A stretch of DNA of 64,000 nt from an uncultured delta proteobacterium (lineage in GTDB: Bacteria > Myxococcota_A > Polyangia > Polyangiales > Polyangiaceae): assembly GCA_963841435.1 (NCBI GenBank), contig CAWJCS010000003.1, positions 288,001-352,000 on the forward strand. Reading direction: 5' to 3'. Positions 31,291 to 41,557 of this stretch are shown piece after piece. The translations under genes and the position numbers were made by a program. Every line of letters starts with the position of its first letter. Position 1 is the first letter of the stretch. The notes beneath the pieces are model-generated. The model was not told where the DNA came from and made no database searches. It saw only the letters and a program-made list of their open reading frames with translations.

Positions 31291-33057
31291 GTGAATGCGA
31301 AGTCCATTTCCGGAATTGGGTTTGTCGTCATGCTCGCCCTCGCGGGCTGCTCGACGCAAAACAGTGGATCAAACGATCCGAATGCCAACGGCGGGGTCGG
31401 TGGCGGGACGGGCGGCAGCGGCGCGCTCGGTGGCGGCGGCGCCACGAGCGGAGCGGGAGGCAGCGCGGGAGTCGTCACGGGTGGCGGTGGCGGTACCGCT
31501 GGCGCTCAGGCAGGCACGGGCGGCGGCGCGGGTTCCACGGCGGCAAGCGGTGGAACGGCCGGGATTGCAGAGGCGGGCACAGGTGGTGACGCAGCGGGCG
31601 CGGCAGCCGGTGGCGTGGCGGGAGCGGGTGACGGGGGCACGGCGGGAAGCAACTTGGGTGGTGCGGGCTCGGGCGGCGACGCGGGCGCATCCGGCGCGGG
31701 GGCCGGCGGCGCAGGCGGGGTCTCGACGGCCGTCACCGTGCGGCTCGACATGCCAAAGCAGACGATGGCCGGCTTCGGCATCAACAACAACTGGGCGCCG
31801 GCCATGTCGGACGCGGACGCGGACGCGATGTTCGACGTGACCAAAGGCATCGGCCTGTCGATTCTGCGCGTCGGTATGGCGTCGAGCGGCGAGCCGTTCA
31901 ACGGCGCCTCCTGCTGGCAGGACATCCAGAAGGCGAAGGCACGCGGCGTCACCACCTTCATCGGGACGCTCTGGACCCCGCCCGCAAGCTACAAGACGAA
32001 CAACAACGAGAACAACGGCGGGCACCTGAAGCCGGCAAACTACGAGCAGTGGGCCAACACCATTGCGGCGTTCCCCGCCAAGGTGAAGACGAATGCCGGG
32101 GTCGATCTCTACGCGATGTCACCGCAAAACGAGCCGGATTTCGCATCGTGCGGCACCGCGGAGCCGTGCAACGGCAGCTACCCGACGACGCTCTTCACGG
32201 CTTCGGAGATGGTCGATTTCGTCAAGGTGGTGGGCCCGAAGCTCCGCGCCTTGAGCCCGCCGGTCTTGCTCATGGCGCCCGAGGCGTCGGAGTGGCTCCA
32301 CAACTGGAGCAACGAGTCCGCCTGCTGTTCGGAACCCGGGGGCAAGCAAAGCTCGGACCCCTTGATGTGCGGATTTCCACCGACTGGCTGCGCCGCGGGC
32401 GCGGGCTACGACTACGGCCACGCTCTGTTCGCCGACAAGACGGCGTGGGGCCTGCTCGACATCATGGGGGTGCACCAGTACGACACGCAGGTCGCCGAGC
32501 CGTGGCCGAGCGACGTTCCCGAGAAGCGGCCCGTCTGGGAGACGGAGATGTCTGGCGTGAAGTGGTGGCCAGAGCAAGGCCCGAGCAGCGACATCAACAA
32601 TGCCGTCGCCGTCGCCGGGTGGATCCACAACGCGGTCACCGTCGGAGAAGCCTCGGCCTGGCTCTGGTGGTGGTGGAAGGCGCAGGGCAGCACCAACGAG
32701 GGCTTGCTGCTCTCGACCGGCGGCGACACCAAGCGTCACTACTCGCTCGGCAACTACAGCAAGTTCGTCCGGCCAGGTTACGTGCACGTGGACGTCACCG
32801 GGGCCATCCCGACGGACGTGCTGCTCGCGGCGTTCAGCGGCCCGGACGGCACGCTCGTCGTCGTGGCGATCAACAAGGGCAGCGCCGCCGCCAGCGTGCC
32901 GATCTCCATCGCCGGTGGGATGGCGCCGGCCATGCTGACGCCGTGGGTCACCTCCGCGAGCGATAACCTGGTCTCCAAGGCTGCGATCGCCGTGACCGAC
33001 GGCACCTTCACCGCCGCCCTCCCCGCGACGACGGTGACGACCTTCGTCGGCAAGTAG
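31291..33057 (+). CDS. GH30 glycoside hydrolase lipoprotein (glucuronoxylanase XynC-like branch)
   Basis: LAGC lipobox; GLSILRV, WTPPASYKTN, PQNEPD, VWETE, SAWLWWW, NYSKFVRPGY. Confidence 0.88.
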   Translation: MNAKSISGIGFVVMLALAGCSTQNSGSNDPNANGGVGGGTGGSGALGGGGATSGAGGSAGVVTGGGGGTAGAQAGTGGGAGSTAASGGTAGIAEAGTGGDAAGAAAGGVAGAGDGGTAGSNLGGAGSGGDAGASGAGAGGAGGVSTAVTVRLDMPKQTMAGFGINNNWAPAMSDADADAMFDVTKGIGLSILRVGMASSGEPFNGASCWQDIQKAKARGVTTFIGTLWTPPASYKTNNNENNGGHLKPANYEQWANTIAAFPAKVKTNAGVDLYAMSPQNEPDFASCGTAEPCNGSYPTTLFTASEMVDFVKVVGPKLRALSPPVLLMAPEASEWLHNWSNESACCSEPGGKQSSDPLMCGFPPTGCAAGAGYDYGHALFADKTAWGLLDIMGVHQYDTQVAEPWPSDVPEKRPVWETEMSGVKWWPEQGPSSDINNAVAVAGWIHNAVTVGEASAWLWWWWKAQGSTNEGLLLSTGGDTKRHYSLGNYSKFVRPGYVHVDVTGAIPTDVLLAAFSGPDGTLVVVAINKGSAAASVPISIAGGMAPAMLTPWVTSASDNLVSKAAIAVTDGTFTAALPATTVTTFVGK

Positions 33058-33364
33058 TCGCCGCGAGCGCAGGCCCGCCCCCGTCACAGCTCAGGCGCGC
33101 GCGGCGAGCCTCCAGGAGGCTCCGGGAGGCTCGGGGAGCTCCGGGGCGCGGGGACTTGTGCCCGCACCAAGCGCGCGACCGCCCTCTCTCCGGGGGGACT
33201 TGCTTTTCGGGGAAAATCGTGCCACATTGATAAGTCACCAGGCGGCGTGCGCCGACTCCCGTCGGCACGGACCGTCGAAGATGGCCTGGCCGGGCTCGCA
33301 CGCCCGGGTCTTGCCTTGCGCGGTGGTGCGCGCTGCCGCGAAAGCGCTCGAAAGGGAACGCAAA

Positions 33365-34370
33365 ATGATCGAGTCGAGCAGACCTTTGGAGGAAACACCG
33401 CCGGTCTTCCAGCACGCAAAGCGCGTGGAGTGGGGTTTGGCGGTCGTGGCCTGGGAGGCGGACGGCAAGCGCGGCTACCTGTTCTCCGACGGAGAGCTGC
33501 GCGTCGTGGCGAGCGACTACTACGACTTGATGCGCGAGGTGGTTCGCCCGCTGGACGAGATCCAGCCGCTCTTGGAGCAGCTCGCCAGGACGTTCTGGCG
33601 AACGGGCGCAAGCTCCAGCGACGAACCCCAATGGTTTCACGTTCGACGACCAACTTCACTACTTCCTGTCGCAATACCCGGGTGGCTTCACCGCACCCGC
33701 CTGGCAAGAGGAGCGACGCGGCAAGGGCGCGCCCGGACGCTTGAAGCGCCACCGCGACGCCGCCATCGGCCAGGCGCAGACGGTGCTGGCGGCAGCTTCG
33801 ATCGAAGGCATGCTGAGCGAGCACCGATACAAGGAGCTCTGGCAGAGCCTCCGCCAGGTGGCGAAGGACACCGACCTCGTCAGCCCGAAGTGTCTATCGA
33901 CCATCTCGACGGACGATCCGGCACGCCTGAGCGAGCTGGCCAAGGCGCTGCGTCACGTGCTGTACGGCGAAGGCTCGTTCGACACGCGCATGCAGCGCTT
34001 CATCAGCGCTTGCCGCGGCGCGTCCAGCGCGGACGTGAGCTGGCAGCTCGTGACGTTCGCGCTGGCGCTGGTCTTCCCGAACGAGCACATCTGCATCCAC
34101 CCCGCGAGCTTTCGAGAGCAGGCGCGCTGGCTCGTCCCGCGTCTCTCGCGACTGCAATCGCCCACGGCCGCCGCGTACCGTCAGTTGTCGGAGATGGCGC
34201 GTCTCATCTCGAAGAAGCTCACGGAAGCCAGCGCACCGCCCCACGACATGCTGGACGTTGCGGATTTCATCCGAGTCACCACGAGCCCGAGCGCTCGCAA
34301 GGCGATGCTGGCGCGCAAGCGCGACCAGGGCAAACCAACGTCCTCTCAGGGAAGCGCCGAAGCGGCCTGA
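33365..34370 (+). CDS. Hypothetical protein (DUF3553-like N-terminus + helical domain); frameshift near 33580-33630
   Basis: MIESS..HAKRVEWGLAVV..GKRGYLF frame switches to TFDDQLHYFLSQYPGGF..WQLVT..DMLDVADFI. Confidence 0.55.
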
Positions 34371-34637
34371 GAAGGAAGCCGTCACCCGCGATTGCTGCTT
34401 GGGGGGCGTTCGCGGCATTCGACGACGGCGCGACCGATCTCGTCCCAAGGCGTGAGGACGACCGTGGATTCGTGGTTGAGGTCCCACGGACCACCGGGAC
34501 GGACGAAACACGAGTGAAACCGGCCGCTGGTCTGCGCGCCTCGGCCCGTCCGCCCTCGACCTCGGAAACGGGCCGTTCTCTGCGGCCGGCGCTCGTCCGC
34601 CCTTGACCTCGCGGGCGTGCCGTTCTCTACGGGCTCC

Positions 34638-35333
34638 GTGAGCCACATGCATTTCGTCGGTGGGGAGAAGGGCGGCGTCGGCAAGAGCGTCGTCGCGCGT
34701 CTCCTCTCTCAGCGTTTCATCGATCGCGCGGTTCCGTTCGCGGGGATCGACGGCGACCTGTCGTCGGGAGCGCTGCTGCGCTACTACGGCGACTTCACGC
34801 AGCAGGTGGATCTCGGCGTGACGGACAGCGCGGATCAGATCATGGATCGCGCGCTGGGGGCCGACCGCCGCGTGCTCGTGGACCTGCCGGCGCAGAGCGC
34901 TCGTTCGCTCTGGACCTGGCTTTCGGGCGCGAACGTGTTCGCGTTTGCGCGCGAGATGGGGGTCTACGTGACCTTCTGGCACGTGACCGACGGCGGTTTT
35001 GCCTCCGTCTCCGAGATCGAGCACGCGCTCGACCTTTTCGGTGGGGAAGCCCAGCACGTCGTGGTCAAAAACCAAGGACGCTCGAGAGACTTCAGCCAGT
35101 TCGAGGAGTCGACCGCCCGGCGACGCCTGACCGAGCTTGCCGGCAGGGTGATCGAGCTTCCCGAGCTCGATGCGAGCGCGATGTACGCGATCGATCGCTT
35201 CGGCTCGAGCTTCTGGGCGGCGATCCACCGCACCGACGGCGAGGCCGCGCTCAAACCCCTCGACCGGCAACGCGTCCGTCTCTGGCTCGATCGCTGCTAC
35301 GCCGAGCTCGATCGGCTCGACGGCGTGCTCTAG
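34638..35333 (+). CDS. ParA/MinD-class P-loop NTPase ('mobilization protein'-like)
   Basis: GGEKGGVGKS deviant Walker A, IDGD, LVDLPAQ. Confidence 0.75.
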   Translation: MSHMHFVGGEKGGVGKSVVARLLSQRFIDRAVPFAGIDGDLSSGALLRYYGDFTQQVDLGVTDSADQIMDRALGADRRVLVDLPAQSARSLWTWLSGANVFAFAREMGVYVTFWHVTDGGFASVSEIEHALDLFGGEAQHVVVKNQGRSRDFSQFEESTARRRLTELAGRVIELPELDASAMYAIDRFGSSFWAAIHRTDGEAALKPLDRQRVRLWLDRCYAELDRLDGVL

Positions 35334-35389
35334 CTACGCCGAAAACGCCTGCACCCAACGTGGGCGCGCGCTCATCGGCGTCCACTCGC

Positions 35390-38042
35390 TCACCGGAGCT
35401 CGACGAGCAACGCCGAAAACGCCGGCACGGCCAGCGTGACGCGCCCGCGCTCCGCCTTCACCGCCTGCTCGAGCAAACGCGGCCCGAGCGACTCGGCGAG
35501 CGTGAAGGTCCGCACGGCGTGAGCACCAGCGGGTAGCGCAACGTGCACGTCGAGCGGCTGCACGTGGTTTCGATTGACGAGCACGAGCGTCGTCACCGTG
35601 CCCCGGCGGGCCGCGAAAGCGTAAAGGTCGGGATTGTCCGCCTGCGCGGGGACGAAGCGGCCCGCAAAGCGCGAGCCCTTGCCGTCGTAGTTACCGTAGA
35701 GCTTCTGCGCGAAATACGTGAACGAGTCGGGGCCCGTCTGGTGCCAGTTCTGCGCCATGAAGAGATCCTGCTCGGCGAAGATGCCGAGCGCGGCCGCGCG
35801 GAGCAGCGCACCGTGGTAGTGCTCGGGGCTTCCGGTGTCGTACTCGTTGATGGCGAGGCGCGTGCCGGGGTAATGCGTCTCGATCAGGCGCTTGAGGGCC
35901 GGGATCACCGGGTGGTACGGGCGCCAGAGCCGATCGGCCGCGGGGTCGGCGGCGTACGTCCACGACTCGAGCGGCGGCTTCGGGAAAAATGAAGGGTCCC
36001 ACCATTCGCGCAGGGCCTCGAACTGCAGCGGCGCGAACACGGGATCGTAGGGTAGGTCGTTCAGCGAACGCTGCTTCTGCCCGTGTGAGTCGTTCGCGTA
36101 GAGCTCGGGGTACCAGTGCACGTCGATCGCGTCGATCAGGCGCTTTCCGGCGCGCGCCTCCGCCTTTTTCGCCTCCTTCAGGAAGTAGACGAGCTCAGAG
36201 TCGCCGCCGTGCGCCTTCACCTCCTGCATGCTCGCCTCTTCGGGAATGTCCTCGGGGTTTTTGGCGCCGGGCTTGAAGTAGTCGATGTTCGAGCCGGCGA
36301 GCTCCTTCGGGCCCCATGCCGCGAAGCCGATGACCTTCGCCGTCGGATCGGCGGCTTTGACGGCTGCCGCGTATTCCAGATTGCGTCGCACGAGCTCCTC
36401 CGCGCTCACGCCGCGCGGCATCGTGTCGCGGTGGGTGTACATCCAGAGTCCGGGCTCGTTGTCCATCGTGTAGAACGCGACGCCGCCGCGCGCGCCCGGT
36501 CCGAAGAGCTCGACGAGCTTCTTCACGAACTCGCGCTGCAGCTCCGGGCTGTTCTGCGTCATGCCGAGGTTCGGATCGTTGCCGCGGATGGGACGACCAT
36601 CGGGGGTGTTCCCATTGCCGCAACCCTGACCGTCGGTGCGCTCCTGCTTGGGGTAGAGGCTCGTCGGGAAGCTGCAATAGCGCTGGCCCTTGTCGGGGTG
36701 TTTCTTGGCGATGAACGGCGTGATCGGAAGGGTGAAGTTGACGGGCACGCCCGCGTGGCGCGTGTCCTCGATGAACCGAAAGTAGCTCTTCTGCGTCTCG
36801 GGCGTGCCGGGCTCCACGCCGGAGCCGTTCAGGAAGAACCAGTCGCTGCCGGCGCTGTCGATGTCGTCCTTCCAGTTGTACTTCGTGGTGCGGTTGCCGC
36901 CCCAGCGGTTGATGCTCGCGCCCATGTCGGTGAGCGCCGTCGCCGAACCGAAGTTCGTGCCGAAGACGTACGGCGAGATTGCGTGCGCGGGCTTGCCCAG
37001 CGTGACGGTCGCCCCGAGCGGCGTGGCGCGCCCGACGCGCGCGCTGAGGTGCACCGGCTCCGAGGTCTCGCTCTTGCCGACGACCCGGACGTCGAGCTCG
37101 ATGGGTTCCGCGCCGAGCGTCGAGAGCGGCAGCGAGAGTGCACGCGCCGTCGCCGGAGCCGTTCCGACGACGGTGCCCGCGCGCCGGATCTCGAAATGCT
37201 CGAATCTTTTCCGTGGGATCCTTGTCCCATTCGAGCAAGAGGTTGTCGGCCGTCACCAGGTAACCGAGGTTCGAGACGGGCGTCACGAGGTCGGCATTCG
37301 TCAGGTAAACGTCGTCGACGCTCACGCTCACCGTGTCGTTCTCGACGCCGCCCGACTTCACCGTGAACATCACCTGCTGCAGCGTCAACAGGTCCACGCG
37401 GCCCACGTCGGGGAACGAGGCGACGGGGATGACCGCGCGCCTCCAGGTCGTATCCAGGCGTCCACCGGAGACGTGACGCGCAAGGCTCAGGACGCCCGTG
37501 TCCTCGAGGCCCTTCGTCTTCTTGGCCGAATGAAGGCGCGCCTCGAGGTCGACGTTCGGGTGCGAGGCCTTCACCCAGAGCACGAGATAGCGCGCGTCGC
37601 TTGCGTCGACGACCATCCAGGAGGGATTGAACGCGACGCCGCCGCCGCCCCACGTGCGGCCAAAGAACTTGTCGTCGCTCGTCGTCACCCAGCGCCAGCG
37701 CAAGGTGACGCTCTGCCCGTCGCCGTGGAAAAGGAGCCAGTCGGCGCGCGCGCTGGTGACGGCATCGCCGCGCCGCGCCGGGTCGAAGCCGGCGGCGACG
37801 AGCGGCAGCCTCCCCTCGCCGTTCACGACGAGCGCGGTACCGCCCTTGCCGTCCTTGCCCGACGAGTCACCCCAGGTGGGCGCGAAGTAGCCGGCGATGT
37901 CGCTCGGCGCCGCGGGCGGTGCGGCGGCGCCCGACGCTTTTGCGATATCGCCCGCAGCGGGCTTTGGTGGAGGCGCGGCGCTGCAACCCAGCGTGCAGGC
38001 GGCAACGAACGAAGCGAGGCGGCGAGTCGAAGAGCCGAGCAT
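35390..38042 (-). CDS. GH44 endoglucanase/xyloglucanase lipoprotein with N-terminal CBM-like domain; frameshift near 37195
   Basis: TLGC lipobox and galactose-binding-like domain. Removing one base gives KIRAFEIRR.. into the GH44 frame (NRWGGNRTTKYNW, MDNEPGLW, THRD, DVHWYP, INEY). Confidence 0.85.
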
Positions 38043-38193
38043 GGCGTCGGCATACCACCGGGAGCGCTCGCAGGTCCCACCCCGAGTCCGTTGCCACCCC
38101 ACCCGGCCGCATCGAAAGGGCACGGAGGCGAGCGCGCCATCCGGCCCCGAGCCCGATGATGGATTGGGGGAGGTCACGCCACTGCCCACTGCA

Positions 38194-39855
38194 ATGATTC
38201 ACCCCAAGCGTCTCGCCTATCAGGGCATCGAAAAGTTCTGCCGGCAGCACACGATCGTCGCCAGTCTGGCGCTCTACTCGTTTGCAGCGATCGGTTGCAG
38301 CGAGGCTGATTCTCCGACGAACACCGCGGGCACGGGCGGCGCGGGCGCGGGCGGGGGCAGCACAACGGGTGGCTCCAGCGGGTCGTCAACTGGCGGAATG
38401 ACGACGGGTGGTACGTCCGGGGGGGCCGGCTCGAGCGGGGGCGTGAGTGCGACGGGAGGTTCGTCGGCAGGGCTCGGAGGCTCGAGCGGGACAGGCGGGA
38501 CCTCGGGGGTTGGCGAAACATCCGGGGGCGGCACGGCAGGCTCCGGAGCGGGCAGCTCGGGAACCGGCGGCGGCGGCGACGCTGGAATGGGCGCCGCGGG
38601 TGCGGGTGGGGCTGGAGCGGGTGGGGCTGGAGCGGGTGGGGCTGGAGCGGGCGGCGCGGGAACGGGCGGGGCTGCCGGCAGCCCCATGGCGGGCTCTGGC
38701 GGTATGCCGTTGGTCTACAACGTCGAAGACACAGGCGCCGATTGCCCCGCGCCCCCGGCCCCGCCCGCGTTCAACGCTCTGACGGCCATCCCGAATCTGC
38801 CCGACCCGTTCCTGATGACGAACGGCATGCGCATGACGAGCAAAGAAGAGTGGCGCTGCCGCCGCGCCGAAATCAAGGCGTCCATGGAGCATTGGGTTTC
38901 AGGTCCGAAGGGCGAGCCTCCGAGCAGCCTCACCGCCACGTTCGCGAGCAACAAGCTCACGGTGGTCTCGACCGAAGGCGGCGCGTCCATCACGTTGAGC
39001 GCAACCCTCAGCACGCCGAGCGGGCCGGGCCCGTTCCCGCTCGTCATCGGGATGAACACGGCGACGGGCAGCCTGCCCTCGTCGATCTTCACCGGTCACG
39101 GCGTCGCGACGCTGACCTTTCAGAGCTCCCAGCTCGTACCGGACGCCTTCAACGTCCCCCGTGGCGGTGGCACTTACTTCCAGATGTACCCCGACACCAA
39201 CGCGGCCGCGATGATCGAGTGGGCGTGGGGTGTGAGCCGCATCATCGATGGGCTCTACGAGACGGTCGCCCAGAACAAGATCGACCTCGAGCACATCGCC
39301 GTCACCGGCTGCTCCTACCAGGGCAAGATGTCGCTCTACGCCGGGGCCTTCGACGAGCGCATCGCGCTCGTCATTCCCGAAGAATCGGGCGGAGGCGGCG
39401 AAGCATCCTGGCGCTTCATGGCAACGCAGACCGGAACGGAGGATCTCGAAGCCGCCCAGGGCACGGCCTGGTACGCCTCCAACCTCAAACAATTCAAGAA
39501 CGCGGATGCGCCCAAGCTACCGGTCAACATGCACGAGCTCGTGGCCATGGTCGCACCCCGCGCGATTCTCGCCATCGAGAACACCGGCATTGACCGTCTG
39601 GCGAGCCAGGCAGGCTCCGTTTCGATGAGGGCCGCGGCCGAGGTTTACAAGGCGCTCGGGATCCCCGATCGGATTGGCTACACGCAGGCGGCCGCCTCGG
39701 GACACTGCGTCTTCCCGAGCAGCCAAACGTCGGACGTGCAGGGGTTCGTCAACAAGTTTCTAAACGGGGACATGGGCGCCAATACGGCGATTGCCAAGGA
39801 CTCGTACAACACCGACCTCACGAAGTGGGTCACCTGGTCCACGCCGACGCTCTAG
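38194..39855 (+). CDS. CE15 glucuronoyl-esterase-like lipoprotein
   Basis: AIGC lipobox; LPDPF, EWRCRRAEI, WAWGVSRIID, GCSYQGK, EESGGGG, HEL, GHC. Confidence 0.88.
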   Translation: MIHPKRLAYQGIEKFCRQHTIVASLALYSFAAIGCSEADSPTNTAGTGGAGAGGGSTTGGSSGSSTGGMTTGGTSGGAGSSGGVSATGGSSAGLGGSSGTGGTSGVGETSGGGTAGSGAGSSGTGGGGDAGMGAAGAGGAGAGGAGAGGAGAGGAGTGGAAGSPMAGSGGMPLVYNVEDTGADCPAPPAPPAFNALTAIPNLPDPFLMTNGMRMTSKEEWRCRRAEIKASMEHWVSGPKGEPPSSLTATFASNKLTVVSTEGGASITLSATLSTPSGPGPFPLVIGMNTATGSLPSSIFTGHGVATLTFQSSQLVPDAFNVPRGGGTYFQMYPDTNAAAMIEWAWGVSRIIDGLYETVAQNKIDLEHIAVTGCSYQGKMSLYAGAFDERIALVIPEESGGGGEASWRFMATQTGTEDLEAAQGTAWYASNLKQFKNADAPKLPVNMHELVAMVAPRAILAIENTGIDRLASQAGSVSMRAAAEVYKALGIPDRIGYTQAAASGHCVFPSSQTSDVQGFVNKFLNGDMGANTAIAKDSYNTDLTKWVTWSTPTL

Positions 39856-40056
39856 CACTACTGTCAGAGATTCGCGTTTCCTTCGAGAAATTCGCAGATT
39901 GGCGAGCGGCGAACTTTTCGGACGGCGGCGCCCACGTCTTGCGTCCATTTCCTGCTCGAAGACGGCCGCCCGCTGGCCTCGCCAGTTGCTTTCGTGGCTC
40001 ATGTTCTCTCTGCCGGATCGTGATCTGTTCCTCCAAGACTCTGACAGTAGTGCTAG
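39852..40056. mobile_element. MITE-like element: 14-bp perfect TIRs flanked by CTAG
   Basis: CTAG|CACTACTGTCAGAG at 39852-39869 and CTCTGACAGTAGTG|CTAG at 40039-40056; no transposase inside. Confidence 0.75.
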
Positions 40057-40222
40057 GCCAGCCGCGACCGACAGCGCGGCACGCCTCTCGGCAGCGCAAA
40101 GAGCCCGCCCGGCAACGACGCCCTGCGCAGCGGATATCAATGACCGCCCCGTGATCGCCCGGCGGGGCCGCGCCGCGCCGCCGGCTGCCCTTCTCGTGCG
40201 TTTTTGGGCGGGTTCGCGAGCG

Positions 40223-40540
40223 ATGCGCGCCAACTTCGAGGAGCAAGCTCGTCTGACAAAGTTGGAAGCCCGACGACGCCGAGGCGAGCACGCTGCCACT
40301 ACCCGAGGCGTGGCCGCACCACGCGTACGTGACGAGCAACGTCTGCGACAGCGATACGATCCTGGCGCTCTTCGGGCGCGAGGGCTGGCGTGCCGAGAAG
40401 GTGCGCAATGGCCGCCGCACCTCGGCTTCGAGCTCGTGCGCGGCTGGGTCGAAAATCAGATGCCCATCGAGCTCGGTGGTCGCGACATGCGCGAGCAGTA
40501 CGAGCGCTTCTTTCGCCAGGTCTCCGGAGGTGCCGCATGA
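40223..40540 (+). pseudogene. Probable fragment of a VOC/glyoxalase-like hypothetical protein with two compensating frameshifts
   Basis: Joining frames gives ..PHHAYVTS..ILALFGREGWRAEKVRNGPPHLGFELVRGWVENQMPIEL..QYERFF. The N-terminal half is not evident. Confidence 0.35.
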
Positions 40541-40735
40541 AAGCGCTCGCCGGCCCGAAATGGATGCTGCAGGCTCCGGCGCGCGATTTGCGACGAGCAT
40601 GCAATTAGTCTTCGCCGCTGGAATCGGCGGCCTATGTACGCGAATCCGACGGAGGTCTGGCCGGCGCGGTTACTGTAGGGGCCTCGGCGTCCCAGTCCAT
40701 GGGCCGTCGAGGTCCCCGCTGACTCACGTGAATTC

Positions 40736-41530
40736 ATGACCCTACCGAACCGTTCGATGCTCGCCCTGCTCTCCGCTGGTCTCGGCCTTTTCATCGCGTG
40801 CGGCGATGGCACCCAAAGCTCGGACAAGCCTGGCACCTCCGCGGCCGCTGGTGATGCCGGCACCGCCGGGTCGTCCGGCGGCAGCCTCCCTGGCGTGGGA
40901 GGATCCACGAGTGGCGTCGGCGGCTCGAGCGGCGGGACGGCGGGAGCGGCCAGCGGCGCTGGAGGCTCATCGGGCGCGCTTGGCGGCTCGGCCGGCAGCG
41001 CGGGGCAAGGCGGTGCTGGCGGCAGCACCGCGGGCGGCATCGGCGGCACGCCAGGCGGGAGCGCTGGATCCGCCGGCAGCGCAGGTGCCGGCGCTGGGTC
41101 GGCGGGCGCATCGGGCCTCGGCGGCGCGGGCGCTTCGGGTGCGGGCTCGGGCGGTGCGGGGCTCGGCGGCGCCGGTGCCGGCACGGCAGGCGAGGACGCA
41201 GGCGGCGCGGGCACGACCTCGGGCGGTGCCGGATCGAATGCCGGGGATAGCTGGGACAGCTACGCCAGCACCTTCTTCGAGACGTACTGCGTGTCGTGCC
41301 ACAACGACGACAACACGGGGACGGCGACACGCGACTATCACCAGCTCGCGCGGGTGACGGCGGAAAAGGACGCCATCGCCTGTGGCGTCAGCAAGTCTCA
41401 GTCCGACTGGAGCGCGCGGGGTTGCACGGGAACGCCGGCCGCGCGGCAATTCCCGGCGGGCAACGGCGCGAAGCCGACCGACGACGAGCGCGATCGCCTG
41501 ATCGCCTGGCTCGACGCCGGAACGCCCTGA
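40736..41530 (+). CDS. Gly-rich lipoprotein with C-terminal c-type cytochrome domain
   Basis: FIAC lipobox; FFETYCVSCH; C-terminal PTDDERDRLIAWLDAG helix. Confidence 0.75.
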   Translation: MTLPNRSMLALLSAGLGLFIACGDGTQSSDKPGTSAAAGDAGTAGSSGGSLPGVGGSTSGVGGSSGGTAGAASGAGGSSGALGGSAGSAGQGGAGGSTAGGIGGTPGGSAGSAGSAGAGAGSAGASGLGGAGASGAGSGGAGLGGAGAGTAGEDAGGAGTTSGGAGSNAGDSWDSYASTFFETYCVSCHNDDNTGTATRDYHQLARVTAEKDAIACGVSKSQSDWSARGCTGTPAARQFPAGNGAKPTDDERDRLIAWLDAGTP

Positions 41531-41557
41531 CACCAGCACTCGGCGACGGCGCGTTCG

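Noticed and set aside
34465-34520. Hammerhead-like GTCC..GGACGAAAC
   Set aside because: The required CTGAnGA core is absent (GTGGTTGAG instead).
34638-35333. Conjugative or mobile element around the 'mobilization' ATPase
   Set aside because: No relaxase, T4SS, integrase or att-like boundaries were seen.
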